In this document: piece by piece, positions 21,736 to 35,718 of the stretch
Layout: each line of letters starts with the position of its first letter
Position numbering within the stretch: position 1 is the first letter of the stretch
NCBI GenBank assembly: GCA_964016885.1
Contig: OZ024743.1
Location: 174,220,001-174,284,000, forward strand
Source: Eledone cirrhosa
Taxonomy: Eukaryota
Length of the DNA stretch: 64,000 bases
Direction: 5' to 3'
The notes under the pieces: model-generated
The model's input: only the letters and a program-made list of their open reading frames with translations
Databases searched by the model: none
What the model was told of the DNA's origin: nothing
Program-made: the position numbers and the translations under genes

Positions 21736-24700
21736 GTGTTTTGCAAGGTTTTTGATATGAAATCGTGTGTCGAAACAAATATTGTTATACTTGGGGAGGG
21801 TCATATTGTTGTAATAATATTGCCAGAAATAATTACAGATAACACTCACTGTTTGGTTGGTTTTCGCTTCTGTATCTTTTATATCTCCATAGTTAATTTA
21901 TTTGGCAATCAATGTTTATCATTGATTGACCAATGGTTAAAAATACAGATATAAATATATAAATGGAAGTTCAGCATAATCGAAGCTCTGGCTGCAACTA
22001 TGTTAACAAATGCAATCGGAATGTACAACTAAGCACTCAATCAGGTATTTTACCTTTACGTTTAGACAGCTTGGCAAATTGAAGACTGCGACTGGTAAGC
22101 CAGCTGCAAGGACCAAAGCAATGAGAAAACCAACTCAGGATAATTTGACAAACCTGGACTATCGTGTCAATATTAAACAATATCTTTGGTAGGTTTCTGT
22201 GAATCAAAATCAACAAATCCATTTACGGAGTATGTAAGTTATGGTTTTGGAAGATCGAACAGAGGGTTCACTTTCTCAACAGGTTTCCGTTCTATGCCGC
22301 TGTCCGGTGTGAGTTATAGCAGTAAGACTGCTGGCGGTCACGTGGTTTTCCCAAAGGGAGGTAACCCCCGGTTTTTGGCAGTTGAAATTCAAATTTTGAA
22401 CAAAGGAATAAATTCCTTTCCACAAACCAAATAAAGCTCTCGGCCAGACGTTATTAAACAAACATAAATAATTAACCAATCAATAGAAATGTCTAATTAA
22501 ATTAATCAATTAATCATTAAGTCTAGGAGATATAAATATATATATATATATATGGAGGCACATGGCTTAGTGGTTAGAGCATTAGCCTTGCAATCGAAAG
22601 GTTGTGAGTTCAATTCTCAGACCGGGTGATGTGTTGTTTCCTTGAGCAAGACACTTTATTTCACATTGCTCCAGTTTACTCAGCTGTAGAAATGAGATGA
22701 TAGGGTCTGAGGTCCCTATCATTCCACTGCAAAGTGGTCGTGGAGGTGCCACGGCAAAACAGCACCCAGCACTCACTGTAAATGAGGTTGGTGTTAGGAA
22801 GGGCATCCAGCTGTAGAAATCAAGCCAGAATCAGTTCCCGTCCCACCCTTGCAAGCAGGGAAAAGTGGACGTAAAATGAAATGAAATGAATAGTCTATCA
22901 AAGTTCTTTCGTTGCACATCTGCAACATCATCAGTGGTACTATTATATGTTCCCTCCTATTGTATTGTAATGTCTATGCCAGTAATTTGGGGGCAGGGGA
23001 AAGTTGATTAGATTGATACCAGTATGTTGCTGGTGCTTTATTTTATCAACATCATAAGGATGAAAGGTAAAGCAAACCTCGGTGAGATTTGAACTTAAGC
23101 TGTAAAAGGCCATAACTATATGCTGCAAAGCATAGTGTATGACGCTCTACCGATACTGCCAATCCACTACCCAGAACAGATATTGTTTAGTTGCAGGACA
23201 GATGTTGTTTAGCTGCAGGACAGATGTTGTTTAGCCCAAAGACAGATGTTCTTCAGTCCCAGGATTACATCTATGGACCACAATGCGATTCCCCCTATTT
23301 AGCTGCTATTTCTAGCACACCTATGGACCACCATGAAGTACACCATATTTAGCTGTTATTTTTGGTACACCTATGGACCACCACGAGGTTCCCCCTATTT
23401 AGCTGCTATTTCTAGCACACCTACGGACCACCATGAGGTTCCCACTATTTAGCTGCTATTTCTAGCACACTTATGGACCACAATGAGTGTCCCCTATTTA
23501 GCTTCTATTTTTAGCACACGTATGGACAACCATGAGGTTCCCCCAGTTTAGCTGATGTAACTGGTATTTATAGCACAACTATTGACCACTATGAGTTTCC
23601 CCTTATTTAGCTGCTATTTCTAGCATACCTATAAAACCATATGAGGTTTCCTCTCTTTAGCTGCTATTTCTAGCACACCTATGGACCACAATGAGGTTCC
23701 CGCTATTTAGCTGCTATTTCTAGCATACTTATGGACCACCATGAGCGTCCCCTATTTAGCTGCTATTTTTAGCACACCTATGGACCACCATGAGCTTCAC
23801 CCTGTTTAGCTGATGTAGCTGCTATTTCTAGCACACCTATGGGTCACCATGAGGTTCCCTCTATTTAGTTGCTATTTCTAGCACACCTATGCACCAAAAT
23901 AAGGTTCCCCCTATTTTGCTGCTATTTTTAGCACACCTATGGACCACCATGAGCTTCACCCTGTTTAGCTGATGTAGCTGCTATTTCTAGCACACCTATG
24001 GGTCACCATGAGGTTCCCTCTATTTAGTTGCTATTTCTAGCACACCTATGCACCAAAATAAGGTTCCCCCTATTTTGCTGCTATTTCTAGCGCAAATATG
24101 AACGACCAAGTGGTTCCCACCTATTTAGTGGCTATTTCTAGTACACCTATGGACCACCATAAAGTTCCTACAATTTAGCAGCTATTTCTAGCACACATGG
24201 ACCGCCATGAGTTTCCTCTATTTATCTGCTATTTCTTGCACACCTATGGACCAGCCTAAGGTTCCCCCTATTTAGCTGTCATTTAGCACACCTATGGACC
24301 ACCATGAGGTTCCCTCTATTAAGCTACTATTTCTAGTACAGTTATGAACCACAATGAGGTTCCTGCTATTTCTAGCATTTTATGGACCACCATGAGGGTC
24401 CCCTATTTAGCTGCTATTCTTAGCACACATATGGACTGCCATGAGCTTCCCATTTAGCTGATGTAGCTTCTAATTCTAGCACACCTATGACCCACCATTA
24501 GGTTCACCCTATTTAGCTACTATTACTAGCAGACCTATAGCCCACCATCAGATTACCCCTATTTAGCTGCTCTTTCTAGCCCTCCCATTTAGCTGCTATT
24601 TCTAGCACACGTATGGATCACTATGAGGTTCCCCCATTTAGCTGTTACTTCTAGCACACCTATGGACCATCATGAGGTTCCCCTATTTAGCAGCTTTTTC

Positions 24701-27700
24701 TGGCACACCTACAGACCATCATGGGGTTTCCCCTGTTTAGCTCATGTAGCTGCTATTTCTAGCACACCTATGGACCGAACGGATCAAGCTGTTGAAACTG
24801 CAGGCGCTCAGCCATCAGGGTCTCGAATCCTTTTTTATAGATATAATGTGTGAAATGGTTAGAGTGTTGGGCTCGCAATTGTGAGGTTGTAAGTTTTATT
24901 CCCAGATTGGGTGGTGCACTGTGTTCTTGAGCAAGACACTTTATTTCATGCTGCTCCAGTTTATTCAGTTGTAGAAATGAGTTGTGATGTCACTGGTGCA
25001 GTATTGGCATTTGTCATTCCATTGGACAATATTGGTGGTGTGGAGACTTGTATGCATCACAAAAACATTGGGTTTGTACCTCGGTAACAACCTTTCTAGG
25101 TACAAACCCCATGGTTATTCATGATCGAAGTGAGTCTTTACCTTTTATATGTGTATATAATATTTTTTAAGTAGAAAAGTGACAGTGACTTCAAAGTTTC
25201 AGCTTGGTTGCTTCATGTGGCTGCATCCTGTGGAGATTTTGAATGTCTTATAGTTTAAAAAAATGCTCAAAACATGTCATATATCATTACATCATCCCTA
25301 CAACTCCATCAGGAGTTACAGATCTATACATTTGTACACTACATAATTGTATTTCTAATTTGCAATGATCTGGCTTTCACAAACCAATCATAACCATTTG
25401 GTAATAATCAGTAGAGCATCGGACATTAGGCTTTGCAGCATAGAGTTACAGCCCGTTATGTTCTGAGTTCAAATCCCGCTGAGGTTAGCTTTGCCTTTCA
25501 TCCTTACAGGGTTGATAAATAAAGCGCCAGTAATGTACTGGGATCAATTTAATCCACTTTCCCCTTCCCTCAAATTGTTGGCTTTGTGCCTAAATCAGAA
25601 ACCAGTGGATTGGCAGTATCGGTAGAGAGTTGGACGCCATGCTTTCCAGCATAGTTACCTCCCTTTACGGTCTGAGTTCAAATCCCGCCGAGGTTAACTT
25701 TGCCTTTCATCCTTACGGGGTCGATAAAATAAAGTACCAGTAATGTACTGGGTAATTGATGGCCTTGTGCCAAAAGTAGAAACAATTATTAATATTTATG
25801 TTTTTAAGGAATGTTTTGCTAGTTATTCTACACATTTCTCTCTCTCTTTCTCTTTCTCTCCCTATTTCACTTTAGGTGAATGTCAACCCAGCCTACAAGA
25901 TGGAAGAACTAGAGTATGTTATAAATGCAGTAAGATTCACATAAGATTTCTTTATAAACTTCTGTATATTTTGGCTACAATGTTCTATACAGGAGCACTG
26001 CATTGAAAGGCTTTAGTGGCTTATATTAACTGTATGTAATGTAATGTAATGTAATGTAATGTAATGTAATGTAATGTAATGTAATGTAATGTTATGTAAT
26101 GTTATGTTATGTATGTATGTGTGTTCTGGTTTCATAATTTTATAAATGTAACTAAAACTAGAGAGATTTTGTTTACTTTCTCGTTTTTCTTTGGTACTCC
26201 ACTAATGTTGATATTGATGTTGTGTTCAGTCATGTATTTATAGCAGACCCTTGTAAAAAGAATTAAGTTTTTAGTCGGATATCTCTACGAATTCAAGTAA
26301 AAGGTGTCATCAGTGGGTATAGTTAGAAGAATATCCAGTTATTCAACATGGCTGGTAGTTGTGGCATTACTGTCGGAGATAATGTACATCTTAAATTTAA
26401 TGATAGTCTCCTATGCCAATATCATTATCATCATCATCGTTTAAATGAAATTATTGTGTACAGTGCTCAGGTGCACTATAACTCATCAAAGGTGCATGTA
26501 TAGTACATTGAATAATGTACAAATGTCAGAAAAGCGAACAGTTATGAGTTATGATATACATGTGTGTATGGAGGGGAATATTAGGTGTTGTGTTGGAAAA
26601 TTTCAGGGAGCATGGCGGTTTTAAAGGATGCAGTGTCCCGGCAGCTAACAACTGATGCAGGTAGTTTGTTCCATGCTTCAGCAACTCTGAGCGGGAAAAA
26701 AAATGTTTCCAAAAGTCATGGGAGCTGTACTGTTTTCTAACTTTGTAGGTATGTGTGTATGTTTGTATGTATGCATGTACATAATGTACCTATGTTTGTA
26801 TGTATGCATGTACATTATGTATGTATGCATGTACGTAATGTATGTATGTGTGCATGCTTATACATAATGTATGTATGTGTGCATGCTTATACGTAATGTA
26901 TGTATGTGTATATATGCATTCATATATATGTATGTATATGTGGAGGCACATGGCTTAGTGGTTAGAGCATTGGCTTTGCAATCGAAAAGTTGTGAGTTCA
27001 ATTCTCAGACCGGGTGATGTGTTGTTTCTTTGAGCAAGACACTTTATTTCACATTGCTCCAGTTTACTCAGCTGTAGAAATGAGATGATAGGGACTGAGG
27101 TCCATATCATTCCACTGCAAAGTGGTCATGTAGGTGCCACGGCAAAAAAGCACCCAGCACTCACTGTAAATGAGGTTGGTGTTAGGAAGGGCATCCAGCT
27201 GTAGAAATAAAGCCAGAATCAGTTCCCGTCCCACTCTTGCAAGCAGGGAAAAAGCGGACGTAAAATGAAATGAAATGAATGAATGAAATGCATATTTTAT
27301 TTGTCTATTATCACTTTTCTACATATTCAATAGTTTAGTCTCTACACAAACTCAGATTAAGTTAATTACCAGGCTTGTACAACTATAGGTGGCTTAATGG
27401 TTAGAGCAACAGATTCACAATCATGAGGGTATGAGTTTGCTTCCCAGACTAGGTGATGTGTTGTCTTCTTGAGCAAGACACTTTATTTCATATTGCTCCA
27501 ATTTCACTCATCTGTAGAAATGAGTTACGATACCACTGGTAACTTGCAGGTAAATATGAAAGACATTGTGATATCAACCCAAACTATTACAGCAGTTAAT
27601 ACCAGACTCGCACACATTCACTCCAGGAGATATCAAGCTGTATCGGCCTTTGCCTTTCCCTTGGACATCATCCATGACATGGAGGGGACGACTGGTGGTC

Positions 27701-30700
27701 TTCCACAAAACACCTTGCTTAGACTTGTGCGTTGAAAGGGAAACTTTCTAGGTCATTCATGACCGAAAGGGTTTTTTTTTTTTGTTTTGTTCCTTTTTAC
27801 AACCATAACATTTCTCCTATTACCTGTAGAAATCTTCTCATTTGTCCTACAGGTAGATATGAAAGCCATTGTGATATCTACTCAATTCCGTGAACAAAAC
27901 TATTACGAGATTTTACAACAGTTAATACCAGACTTGCATACATTCACCCCTGGTGATGTCAAATCTAAAAGGTAAACATATCATTTTTTAATACTTTTGC
28001 CTTCTTTAATTGGTTTCAGTCATTGACCAGTGGCCATGCTGGAGCATCACCTTCAAATGTTTTAGCATGATCATCATATGGACCTATTTCTATTCAGGCA
28101 CACATTCTATCACCTTCTTTGTTGTTATTGTTGTTCTTCTTCGCCCACTTATTCCTGAGAGGGTTGTTATCTCTTTCCATGTGGCAAAATCACAGCAGCA
28201 AGATAAATTCAAATAGCAGGTACTCTCAGGTCTTCATAACCCTCCCTCTCTGCTTATTAATATTTCAAATTTTTTCCACCCCCTCCCTGCTACCCCCCTT
28301 CCTTCACTGTTTATTAAATTTTGCTAATGCTAATCTATCTCCAGCGAAATTTTATTGTAAGAGATTCATATTGATACAGCAGCTGGAGACTCAAATAATA
28401 ATTTTATTTTACATAAAAAAAACATATATGACAAAAAAAAAAAGAACATTATAAGAAATCCCATATTTACAAATGTACATTACACAATTACCGACTCCAC
28501 ACCCCCACTTAAAAGAACTAGCAGAAAAACCACCCTTTGGGTGGTTTTCTGCTAGCTTGTGTAGTATGTATATTGATATTATACGCAAGTATATATACAT
28601 GTAGATATGATATGTCAAATAAAATCGTAATTGACAATATATAATACATAGAAATTGAACGAAGACTGCGTTACACTGTCTTATGTAATCAGTAGCATAA
28701 TCCATGATACATTAAAAAAAGACGATATTATATATAAACTGCATTAGGAGAAAATTAGTGACAGAAAATTAGTATGTTTATTTAAGCGATCGCCACCGGA
28801 AGTGTTGACATTGGAAAATTTTAAAGAAGTGAATCTTTAAATAAATAATAAAATATATTTAATCAACAGCCACGAAATTTAGTAGATAAATTATGTAATA
28901 TTCATTCATTATTTATTCAAAGTAATCCAACTTATTTTATTAATGGGATAAAAAATTATAAACCGTACGCAGTCCCGCGCTTCTTACTTTATTATAGTTT
29001 AGATTTAAGCAAATGTCCACACACATCCTTCGCTGATTCCAACCCCCCATCCCAAATATTTGGGACCCAGAGAGTATGTCTATTTCATTCTAGAGTAGTC
29101 ACAAGCAGCAGCAACAACAACAGTATCTATACCAACAACAACAGCGATAGTATCTATGCCAACAACAACAACAGTATCTACAACAACATCTACGCCAACA
29201 ACAACATTTATAAACTTTCATAGATGTTTCCCCAATTTGAGGAACAACAACAGCAGCAATGAAAATGCTAACACCACTACCACCACCACCACCATCACCA
29301 CCACTACTACCACCACCACCACTATTACCACCACCACTACCACCACCACCACTACTACTACCACCACCACCACTACCACCACCACTACTACCACCACCAC
29401 CACCACTACCACCACCACCACTATCACCACTACCACCACCACCACTATCACTACTACCACCACCACTGCCACCACCATCATCATCATCAACAACAACAAG
29501 ACGTTTTCAACAAGACCTCTACCCCCCACCCCCACCCCACATACACACAGTAATGCTGACAACAGCAATTGTATCAACACCACCACAGCCACCACCACCA
29601 CCATCACAGCCACCACCACCACTTCCACCACTACAACCACCACTACCACTTCCACCACCACTTCCACCACTACAACCACCACTACCACTTCCACCACCAC
29701 TGCCGCCACCACAACTTTATAATCAACTCCCCCTAACACCCCCTCAACTTTCCCACAAATTGCTGGCCTTGTGTCTAAATTAGAAAACATTATTAACTGA
29801 AAAACAAGATGGTGTAGGACATAACAAAGGAAAGACACAAAATAAAAACCTAGTCACTGAGGAGGTCACAGCATGTGTGACGAAAGAGCTTTGACAATAT
29901 GTAAACAACTTTCCGGTTATCAAACCAACCAACTGGAAATGTATAATAAATTGAAGTGAAAACCAACAGGTGCATGTGTTTTTATTGGCAGCATGACCCT
30001 CCCAAAGTATAACAATATCTGTTTCAACACACGTTTTCAGATAAGAAATCTTGCAAAACAAATTAAAAAAACGAATTATTAACTGATTTTAATTTCAATA
30101 TATTTTGTTTATAGGTTGCATTCTTTGAAAATTATAATTTCAATGGAAACCAAGGAAATGCCGTGAGTATTTCTTGTGTAATTCTGAGGATAACAAGATA
30201 AGATGGTGGATGAGATAGTATTGTGGTAGTGTGACATGATGTGACATGGTGATGAGATAGTATTGAGGTAGTGTGACATAATGTGACATGGTGATGAGAT
30301 AGTATTGTGGTAGTGTGACATGATGTGACATGGTGACGAGATAGTATTGTGGTAGTGTGACATAATGTGACTTGGTAGATGAGATAGTATTGTGGTAGTG
30401 TGACATAATGTGACTTGGTAGATGAGATAGTATTGTGGTAGTGTGACATAATGTGACTTGGTAGATGAGATAGTATTGTGGTAGTGTGACATGATGTGAC
30501 ATGGTAGATGAGATAGTATTGTGGTAGTGTGATATGATGTGACTTGGTAGATGAGATAGTATTGTGGTAGTGTGACATAATGTGACTTGGTGATGAGGTA
30601 GTATTGTGGTAGTGTGACATAATGTGACTTGGTAGATGAGATAGTATTGTGGTAGTGTGACATGAGGATGAGATAGTATTGTGGTAGTGTGACATAGTGA

Positions 30701-33700
30701 TGAGATAGTATTGTGGTAGTGTGACATAATGTGACTTGGTAGATGAGATAGTATTGTGGTAGTGTGACATGAGGATGAGATAGTATTGTGGTAGTATGAC
30801 ATAGTGATGAGATAGTATTGTGGTAGTGTGACATAATGTGACTTGGTGATGAGATAGTATTGTGGTAGTGTGACATAATGTGACATAGTGATGAGATAGT
30901 ATTGTGGTAGCGTGACATGGGGATGAGATAGTGTTGTGGTAGTGTGACATAATGTGACATAGTGATGAGATAGTATTGTGGTAGCGTGACATGGGGATGA
31001 GATAGTGTTGTGGTAGAGTGATATGATGAGATAGTGTTATGGTAGATGAGATAGCATTGTGGTGTGACATGATAGATGAGATAGCATTGTGGTGTGACAT
31101 GATGTGACATGGTAGATGAGATAGCATTGTGGTGTGACATGATAGATGAGATAGTGTTGTGGTATTGTGGCTTGATGTGACACGATAGATGAGATAATGT
31201 TGAGGTATTGTGACATGATGTGACACGATAGATGATATAGTGTTGTGGTAGTGTGACATGAGATAGTGTTGTATTGTGACATGGTGATGAGATAGTATTG
31301 TGGTAGTGTGACATGAGGTGACATGGTAGATGATATAGTGTTGTGGTATTGTGACATGATGTGACATGGCGATGAGATAGTATTCTGGTAGTGTGACATG
31401 ATGTGACATGGTGATGAGATAGTATTCTGGTAGTGTGACATAGTAGATGAGATAGTGTTGTGGTAGTGTGACATGATGTGACATGATAGATGAGATAGTG
31501 TTGTGGTAGTGTGACATGATGTGACATGGTGATGAGATAGTATTGTGGTAGTGTGACATGATGTGACATGGTGATGAGATAGTATTGTGGTAGTGTGACA
31601 TGGTGATGAGATAGTGTTGTGGTAGTGTGACATGATGTGACATGATAGATGAGATAGTGTTGTTGTAGTGTGACATGATGTGACATGGTAGATGAGATTG
31701 TGGTAGTGTGACATAGTAGATGAGATAGTGTTGTGGTAGTGTGACATGATGTGACATGATAGATGAGATAGTGTTGTTGTAGTGTGACATGATGTGACAT
31801 GGTAGATGAGATAGTATTGTGGTAGTGTGACATGATGTGACATGGTGATGAGATAGTATTGTGGTAGTGTGACATGGTGATGAGATAGTATTCTGGTAGT
31901 GTGACATGATGTGACATGGTAGATGAGATAGTATTGAGGTAGTGTGACATATTGTGACATGATAGATGAGATAGTGTTGTGGTAGTGTGACATGGTGGAT
32001 GAGATAGTGTTGTGGTAGTGTGAGATAATGTGACATGGTGGATGAGATAGAATTGTGGTAGTGACATGATGTGACATGGTGGATGAGATAGTATTGTGGT
32101 AGTGTGACATGATGTGACATGGTTATGAGATAGTATTATGGTAGTGTGACATGGTAGATGAGATAGTATTGTGGTAGTGTGACATGATGTGACATGGTAG
32201 ATGAGATAATGTTGTGGTAGTGTGACATGATGTGACATGGTAGATGAGATAGTATTGTGGTAGTGTGACATATTGTTACATGATAGATGAGATAGTGTTG
32301 TGGTAGTGTGACACGGTGTGACATGGTGGATGAGATAGTGTTGTGGTAGTGTGAGATAATGTGACATGGTGGATGAGATAGAATTGTGGTAGTGACATGA
32401 TGTGACATGGTGGATGAGATAGTATTGTGGTAGTGTGACATGATGTAACATGGTGGATGAGATAGTATTGTGGTAGTGTGACATGGTAGATGAGATAGTA
32501 TTGTGGTAGTGTGACAAAATGTGACTTGGTAGATGAGATAGTATTGTGGTAGTGTGACATGATGTGACATGGTAGATGAGATAGTGTTGTGGTAGTGTGA
32601 TATGGTAGATGAGATAGTGTTGTGGTAGTGTGACATAATGTGACATGGTAGATGAGATAGTGTTGTGGTAGTGTGATATGGTGGATGAGATAGTATTGGG
32701 GTAGTGTGACATAGTGGATGAGATAGTGTTGTGGTAGTGTGACATAATGTGACATAGTAGATGAGATAGTATTGTGGTAGTGTGACATGATGTGACATGG
32801 TGGATGAAATAGTGTTGTTGTAGTGTGACATAATGTGATATGGTGGATGAAATAGTATTGTGGTAGTGTGACATGGTAGATGAGATAATATTGTTGTAGT
32901 GTGACATGGTGATGAGATAGTATTGCGGTGGTGTGACAAGGTACCTACAGACATATAATGTTACAATGTGGCACACTGATTGTTGAGGTATGTTACAGTG
33001 TGACAAGGTGTCTACAGAAATATAATGTTGCAGTGTGACACACTGACTGCTGAGGTATGTTACCACTGAGATTTGCTACAGTGTGACATTGTGGCTACTA
33101 AGGTATGTTACAGTATGATATGGAGAATCCTGAAGTATGATGTTACAGTGTGACTCAATGACCATGTATTTATGTTACAGTGTGACAAAGGGACTGTAGA
33201 AACATGTTACAGTGTGACATGGGGACCACTGAGGCATAATGGCACTGTGATAGTTCTGATACTATGACAGACAGTTATGTGACACTATGATAGTTATATG
33301 ACATTATGTTAACACAATGGGGGTGGTGGATTGGCAGTATCAGTAGAGCATCAGACACCATGCTTTGCAGCACAGAGTCGCGGCCCTTTACGGTCCGAGT
33401 TCAAATCCCACTGAGGTTAATTTTGCCTTTCATCCTTACAAGGTCGATAAAATAAAGTACCAGTAATGCACTTGGATAATTGCTGGCCTTGTGCCAAAAG
33501 TAGAAACAATTATGTTAACACAATGACAACTGAAAAACTCTCACCTGACACTATTACATTACAAATATAGTGTTAAGCTATGTCTAACTTCCCAACTTCC
33601 TCCAATTTCAGTGGTACATTATCACTTGAGAATGTTCTACAATCAGGAACCACTAAAGGTATTCAAAATATATGGGACTTACAAAAGAAACTTCAATTTG

Positions 33701-35686
33701 ATGATCCAGTGAATATCCAGTTCACTTCTGTAAGTACCACTGGCTCTATTTTATCAAAACTTGATATGTAATATCAGTGCACTCTTGTGAAGGCATGTAG
33801 ATTAGTGTTTGGCTCAGGGTCAGAGGCTTATGAGTTTGATTCCTAAGACTAAGTGGCAGTGTTGTGTCCTTAAGTAAGACATTTTATATAAGAATTTTTG
33901 TTAAGTAATGGGTCATGGGGGGGGGGGGGGGCAGAATCCTCAAACTCTCCTTTCCTTCTAGTGGGTCCTGTCAGAAGCAGCCATCTCCAACTGATCCAGC
34001 TGGATCCCCAAGTGAGAACAGCCAAGCTCATGGATGTTATCCAGCCATCTTGCTCAGGGTCAACCCATGGGTCTCCTGCTGGTTGGTTTGCACTTAAAAT
34101 CTGTCCAGCAATTCTTTCCTGAGACATAGTATCAGAGCTGTGATCTCTCAATTTGGAGAAGTAGCAGTTCTACCTGGAGTGACTCTCTGATCATAAAAAG
34201 TTAGTTATTTTACTAAATTCCTTCAAGGTTTTTAGTATTTTCAAAATTAATTGAAAGACATAGACTGTGGTGTCCTTCATTGGAGATATGATAATGAAAG
34301 GGTTATATATAAACCAGAACGTTTATTCTCTGAGAGTTACTAATACTCTGACAAACAAAATTTTAAGTCCCAAAATATTAGAACCAAAGAAACAAAAAAA
34401 AAAAAGATTACCAGGTAACTAACTTTTTCATTGCCTTCATCTTACCATCCATTTTGCATTGTTTAGCCTTCTTACGTATATCACTTTCCACATTATATAT
34501 TATATACAATATTTGAAGCAAACTACATTTTGTTATATATGTATTTCATTTTATATAGGGAACAACTGGTAATCCAAAGGGAGCTACATTGTCACATCAC
34601 AATATTCTCAACAACAGTTATTTTGTAGGTCTTCGTTTAAGGTATGACCAAAAGGTATGTACATATTTCTGTAACCTTTTCATGATAAACTATCAAAGTA
34701 GAATTTTGGTATCTTATTGTTAGACTTATTATCTTGTTTATACACTCATATATATATAACAGACTTCCAATGTCTAACAACCGTGGACATGCTTACAAAA
34801 TCAGAAGACAGTACAGCTCCCATGACATTCAGAAACATTTTTTCTCGCTTAGAGTTGTTGAAGCATGGAACAAAATACCTGCATCATTTGTTTGTTGTTG
34901 GGATACTGTATCCTTCAAATTTTCCATGTTTTCCGAAATTTGCCAACCTGATATTTCCCCTCCATACACACGCACACGTGTCTGTGTTTGTGTGTGTGTC
35001 ATGACTCATACTCAGTTCACTTTCCTGCCTTTTGTACATTATTCTATGTACTATACATGCACCTTTGATGAGTTGTAGTGCACCTAGCACTGCACACAAT
35101 AATTTTCATTATTTTTTTTAAAATTTAATACACATACATGAAAATTTAAATTTAAATCTTGCACAGGTGAACTTTGCCTTTCATCTTTCTGGAGTCAATA
35201 AAATAACTAACCAGACAGTGGGATCAATGTACACAACTTTCCTATCCCCTAAATTGCTTAAATTGGGAGCCAATAATGAAGAGTGGTGGATCAGCAGCGT
35301 TGTTACAGTGATGGACAAATATTTCATGCTAGTTTTTCTGGCTCTTTACTTACTGAGTTGAAATCACATCACAATCATCTTTGCTTTTTGACTCTCTAAG
35401 GTTGATCAAATAAAGTACCTAAATTGTTGGCCTTGTGTCTAAATCAGAATTCATTATTATATTTATTATTTGGATGGTGGATTTGCGGTATCAGTAGAGC
35501 GTCAAACAATATGCTTTGCGTCATATAGTTACGGCGGTTCTATGTTCTAAGTTCAAATCCTGCCAAGGAGTCAATAAATATATCCTTATGGGGGCAATAA
35601 AATAAAGTACCAGTAACACACGGGTTGATTTAATCAACTTTCCCCCTCCCCTTCAAATTGGTGGCCTTGTGCCTAAAGTAGAAACA

Positions 35687-35718
<32 letters not shown>

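Noticed and set aside
23270-24778. CRISPR-like regular repeat array
   Set aside because: The whole unit is repeated, there are no unique spacers, the context is a eukaryotic intron and there are no cas genes
29156-29838. Poly-Thr (mucin-like), poly-Pro and poly-Val ORFs; FPNLR as a possible ACSF2 exon
   Set aside because: Trinucleotide repeat; the missing ACSF2 segment is better explained by exon 30115-30162 with proper splice sites
30109-33066. 985-aa His/Thr-rich ORF and overlapping ORFs
   Set aside because: Open in all three minus frames because of the satellite unit; lies in an ACSF2 intron; no coding signal
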